A stretch of DNA of 64,000 bases from NCBI GenBank assembly GCA_032718475.1, contig JAUCBJ010000519.1, positions 32,556 through 96,555 of the forward strand, written 5' to 3'. Each line of letters opens with the position of its first letter. Within the stretch, counting starts at the first letter, position 1. Made by a program: the position numbers and the translations under genes. The DNA comes from Nemertoderma westbladi (taxonomy: Eukaryota; Animalia; Xenacoelomorpha). This document shows, piece by piece, positions 62,001 through 64,000 of this stretch. The notes beneath the pieces are model-generated. The model was not told the origin of the DNA. It searched no databases and saw nothing but the letters and a program-made list of their open reading frames with translations.

Positions 62001-64000
62001 ACGAATGGATGTTACCGGGAGCGGTATGTGGGTACAAAGAGTAGATGTTAGTGGGAGCGGTCTGTGGGGTAGAACGAATGGATGTTACCGGGAGCGGTAT
62101 GTGGGTACAAAGAGTAGATGTTAGCAGGTAGAAAGAGTAGATGTTAGTGGGTGCGGTCTGTGGGTAGAAATAGTAGATGTAGCGGGAGCGGTCTGTGGGT
62201 AGAAAGAGTAGATGTTAGCGGGAGCGGTCTGTGGGTAGAAAGAGTAGATGTTACCGGGAGCGGTCTGTGGGGTAGAACGAATGGATGTTACCGGGAGCGG
62301 TCCGTGGGTAGAAAGAGTAGATGTAGCGGAAGCGGTCTGTGGGTAGAAAGAGTAGATGTTAGTGGGAGCGGTCTGTGGGGTAGAAAGAGTAGATGTTACC
62401 GGGAGCGGTCTGTGGGGTAGAAAGAGTAGATGTTAGTGGGAGCGGTCTGTGGGGTAGAAAGAGTAGATGTAGCGGGAGCGGTCTATGGGTAGAAAGAGTA
62501 GATGTTAGCGGGAGCGGTCTGTGGGTAGAAAGAGTAGATGTTAGTGGGTGCGGTCTGTGGGTAGAAAGAGTAGATGTTACCGGGAGCGGTCTGTGGGGTA
62601 GAAAGAGTAGATGTTAGTGGGAGCGGTCTGTGGGTAGAAAGAGTAGATGTTAGTGGGAGCGGTCTGTGGGGTAGAAAGAGTAGATGTTACCGGGAGCGGT
62701 CTGTGGGGTAGAAAGAGTAGATGTTAGTGGGAGCGGTCTGTGGGGTAGAAAGAGTAGATGTAGCGGGAGCGGTCTATGGGTAGAAAGAGTAGATGTTAGC
62801 GGGAGCGGTCTGTGGGTAGAAAGAGTAGATGTTAGTGGGTGCGGTCTGTGGGTAGAAAGAGTAGATGTTACCGGGAGCGGTCTGTGGGGTAGAAAGAGTA
62901 GATGTTAGCGGGAGCGGTCTATGGGTAGAAAGAGTAGATGTTACCGGGAGCGGTCTGTGGGGTAGAAAGAGTAGATGTTAGCGGGAGCGGTCTATGGGTA
63001 GAAAGAGTAGATGTTAGTGGGAGCGGTCTGTGGGTAGAAAGAGTAGATGTTAGCGGGAGCGGTCTGTGGGTAGAAAGAGTAGATGTTAGTGGGAGCGGTC
63101 TGTGGGTAGAAAGAGTAGATGTTAGCGGGAGCGGTCTGTGGGTAGAAAGAGTAGATGTTAGTGGGAGCGGTCTGTGGGGTAGAAAGAGTAGATGTAGCGG
63201 GAGCGGTCTATGGGTAGAAAGAGTAGATGTTAGCGGGAGCGGTCTGTGGGTAGAAAGAGTAGATGTTAGTGGGTGCGGTCTGTGGGTAGAAAGAGTAGAT
63301 GTTACCGGGAGCGGTCTGTGGGGTAGAAAGAGTAGATGTTAGCGGGAGCGGTCTATGGGTAGAAAGAGTAGATGTTACCGGGAGCGGTCTGTGGGGTAGA
63401 AAGAGTAGATGTTAGCGGGAGCGGTCTATGGGTAGAAAGAGTAGATGTTACCGGGAGCGGTCTGTGGGGTAGAAAGAGTAGATGTTAGCGGGAGCGGTCT
63501 ATGGGTAGAAAGAGTAGATGTTAGCGGGAGCGGTCTATGGGTAGAAAGAGTAGATGTTAGCGGGAGCGGTCTGTGGGTAGAAAGAGTAGATGTTAGTGGG
63601 TGCGGTCTGTGGGTAGAAATAGTAGATGTAGCGGGAGCGGTCCGTGGGTAGAAAGAGTAGATGTAGCGGAAGCGGTCTGTGGGTAGACAGAGTAGATGTA
63701 GCAGGAGCGGTCTGTGGGTAGAAAGAGTAGATGTTAGTGGGTGCGGTCTGTGGGGTAGAACGAATGGATGTTAGTGGGAGCGGTCTGTGGGTAGAAAGAG
63801 TAGATGTTAGCGGGAGCGGTCTGTGGGTAGAAAGAGTAGATGTTAGTGGGTGCGGTCTGTGGGGTAGAAAGAGTAGATGTAGCGGAAGCGGTCTGTGGGT
63901 AGAAAGAGTAGATGTTAGTGGGTGCGGTCTGTGGGGTAGAACGAATGGATGTTAGTGGGAGCGGTCTGTGGGTAGAAAGAGTAGATGTTAGCGGGAGCGG
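53046..64000. repeat. 35-37-bp minisatellite (about 300 copies in window, runs off the end) containing the acceptor of exon 52836-53075
   Basis: Minus-strand unit ctttctacccacag|ACCGCTCCCGCTAACATCTACT. Confidence 0.98.

Noticed and set aside
53967-63955. Many short ORFs (VERVDVSGSGLW...)
   Set aside because: Translations of the satellite on the non-coding strand, broken by 35/37-bp units.
1745-64000. CRISPR-like appearance of the 24-44-bp repeats
   Set aside because: Units are head-to-tail with no unique spacers, there are no cas genes, and the context is a spliced eukaryotic gene.

Overview
AT-rich animal genomic DNA, probably invertebrate. The window lies entirely inside one large minus-strand, multi-exon gene encoding a NACHT- and WD40-repeat protein (NWD1/NWD2-like, with an N-terminal DUF4062-like domain). 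I assembled 22 coding exons by hand (53075 down to 1173, about 4.2 kb or 1400 aa). All have GT-AG sites and consistent phases, and both gene ends lie outside the window. The introns contain LINEs (a near-full-length CR1-like element split by a Helentron/HINE-like insertion, plus RTE, CRE and L2/CR1 fragments), a MITE, SINEs and a tRNA-Trp-like gene. The main observation is that seven unrelated minisatellite arrays, including the five longest, each have a unit straddling an exon-intron junction of this gene. Each array therefore repeats that exon's own splice donor or acceptor about 11 to 300 times into the intron, and several other junctions show two-copy or partial versions of the same duplication. 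Also notable are a degenerate NACHT Walker A motif, many RFX X-box-like motifs in exons, and an antisense intronic ORF with N-x-S/T heptad repeats. Copy numbers are by-eye estimates.
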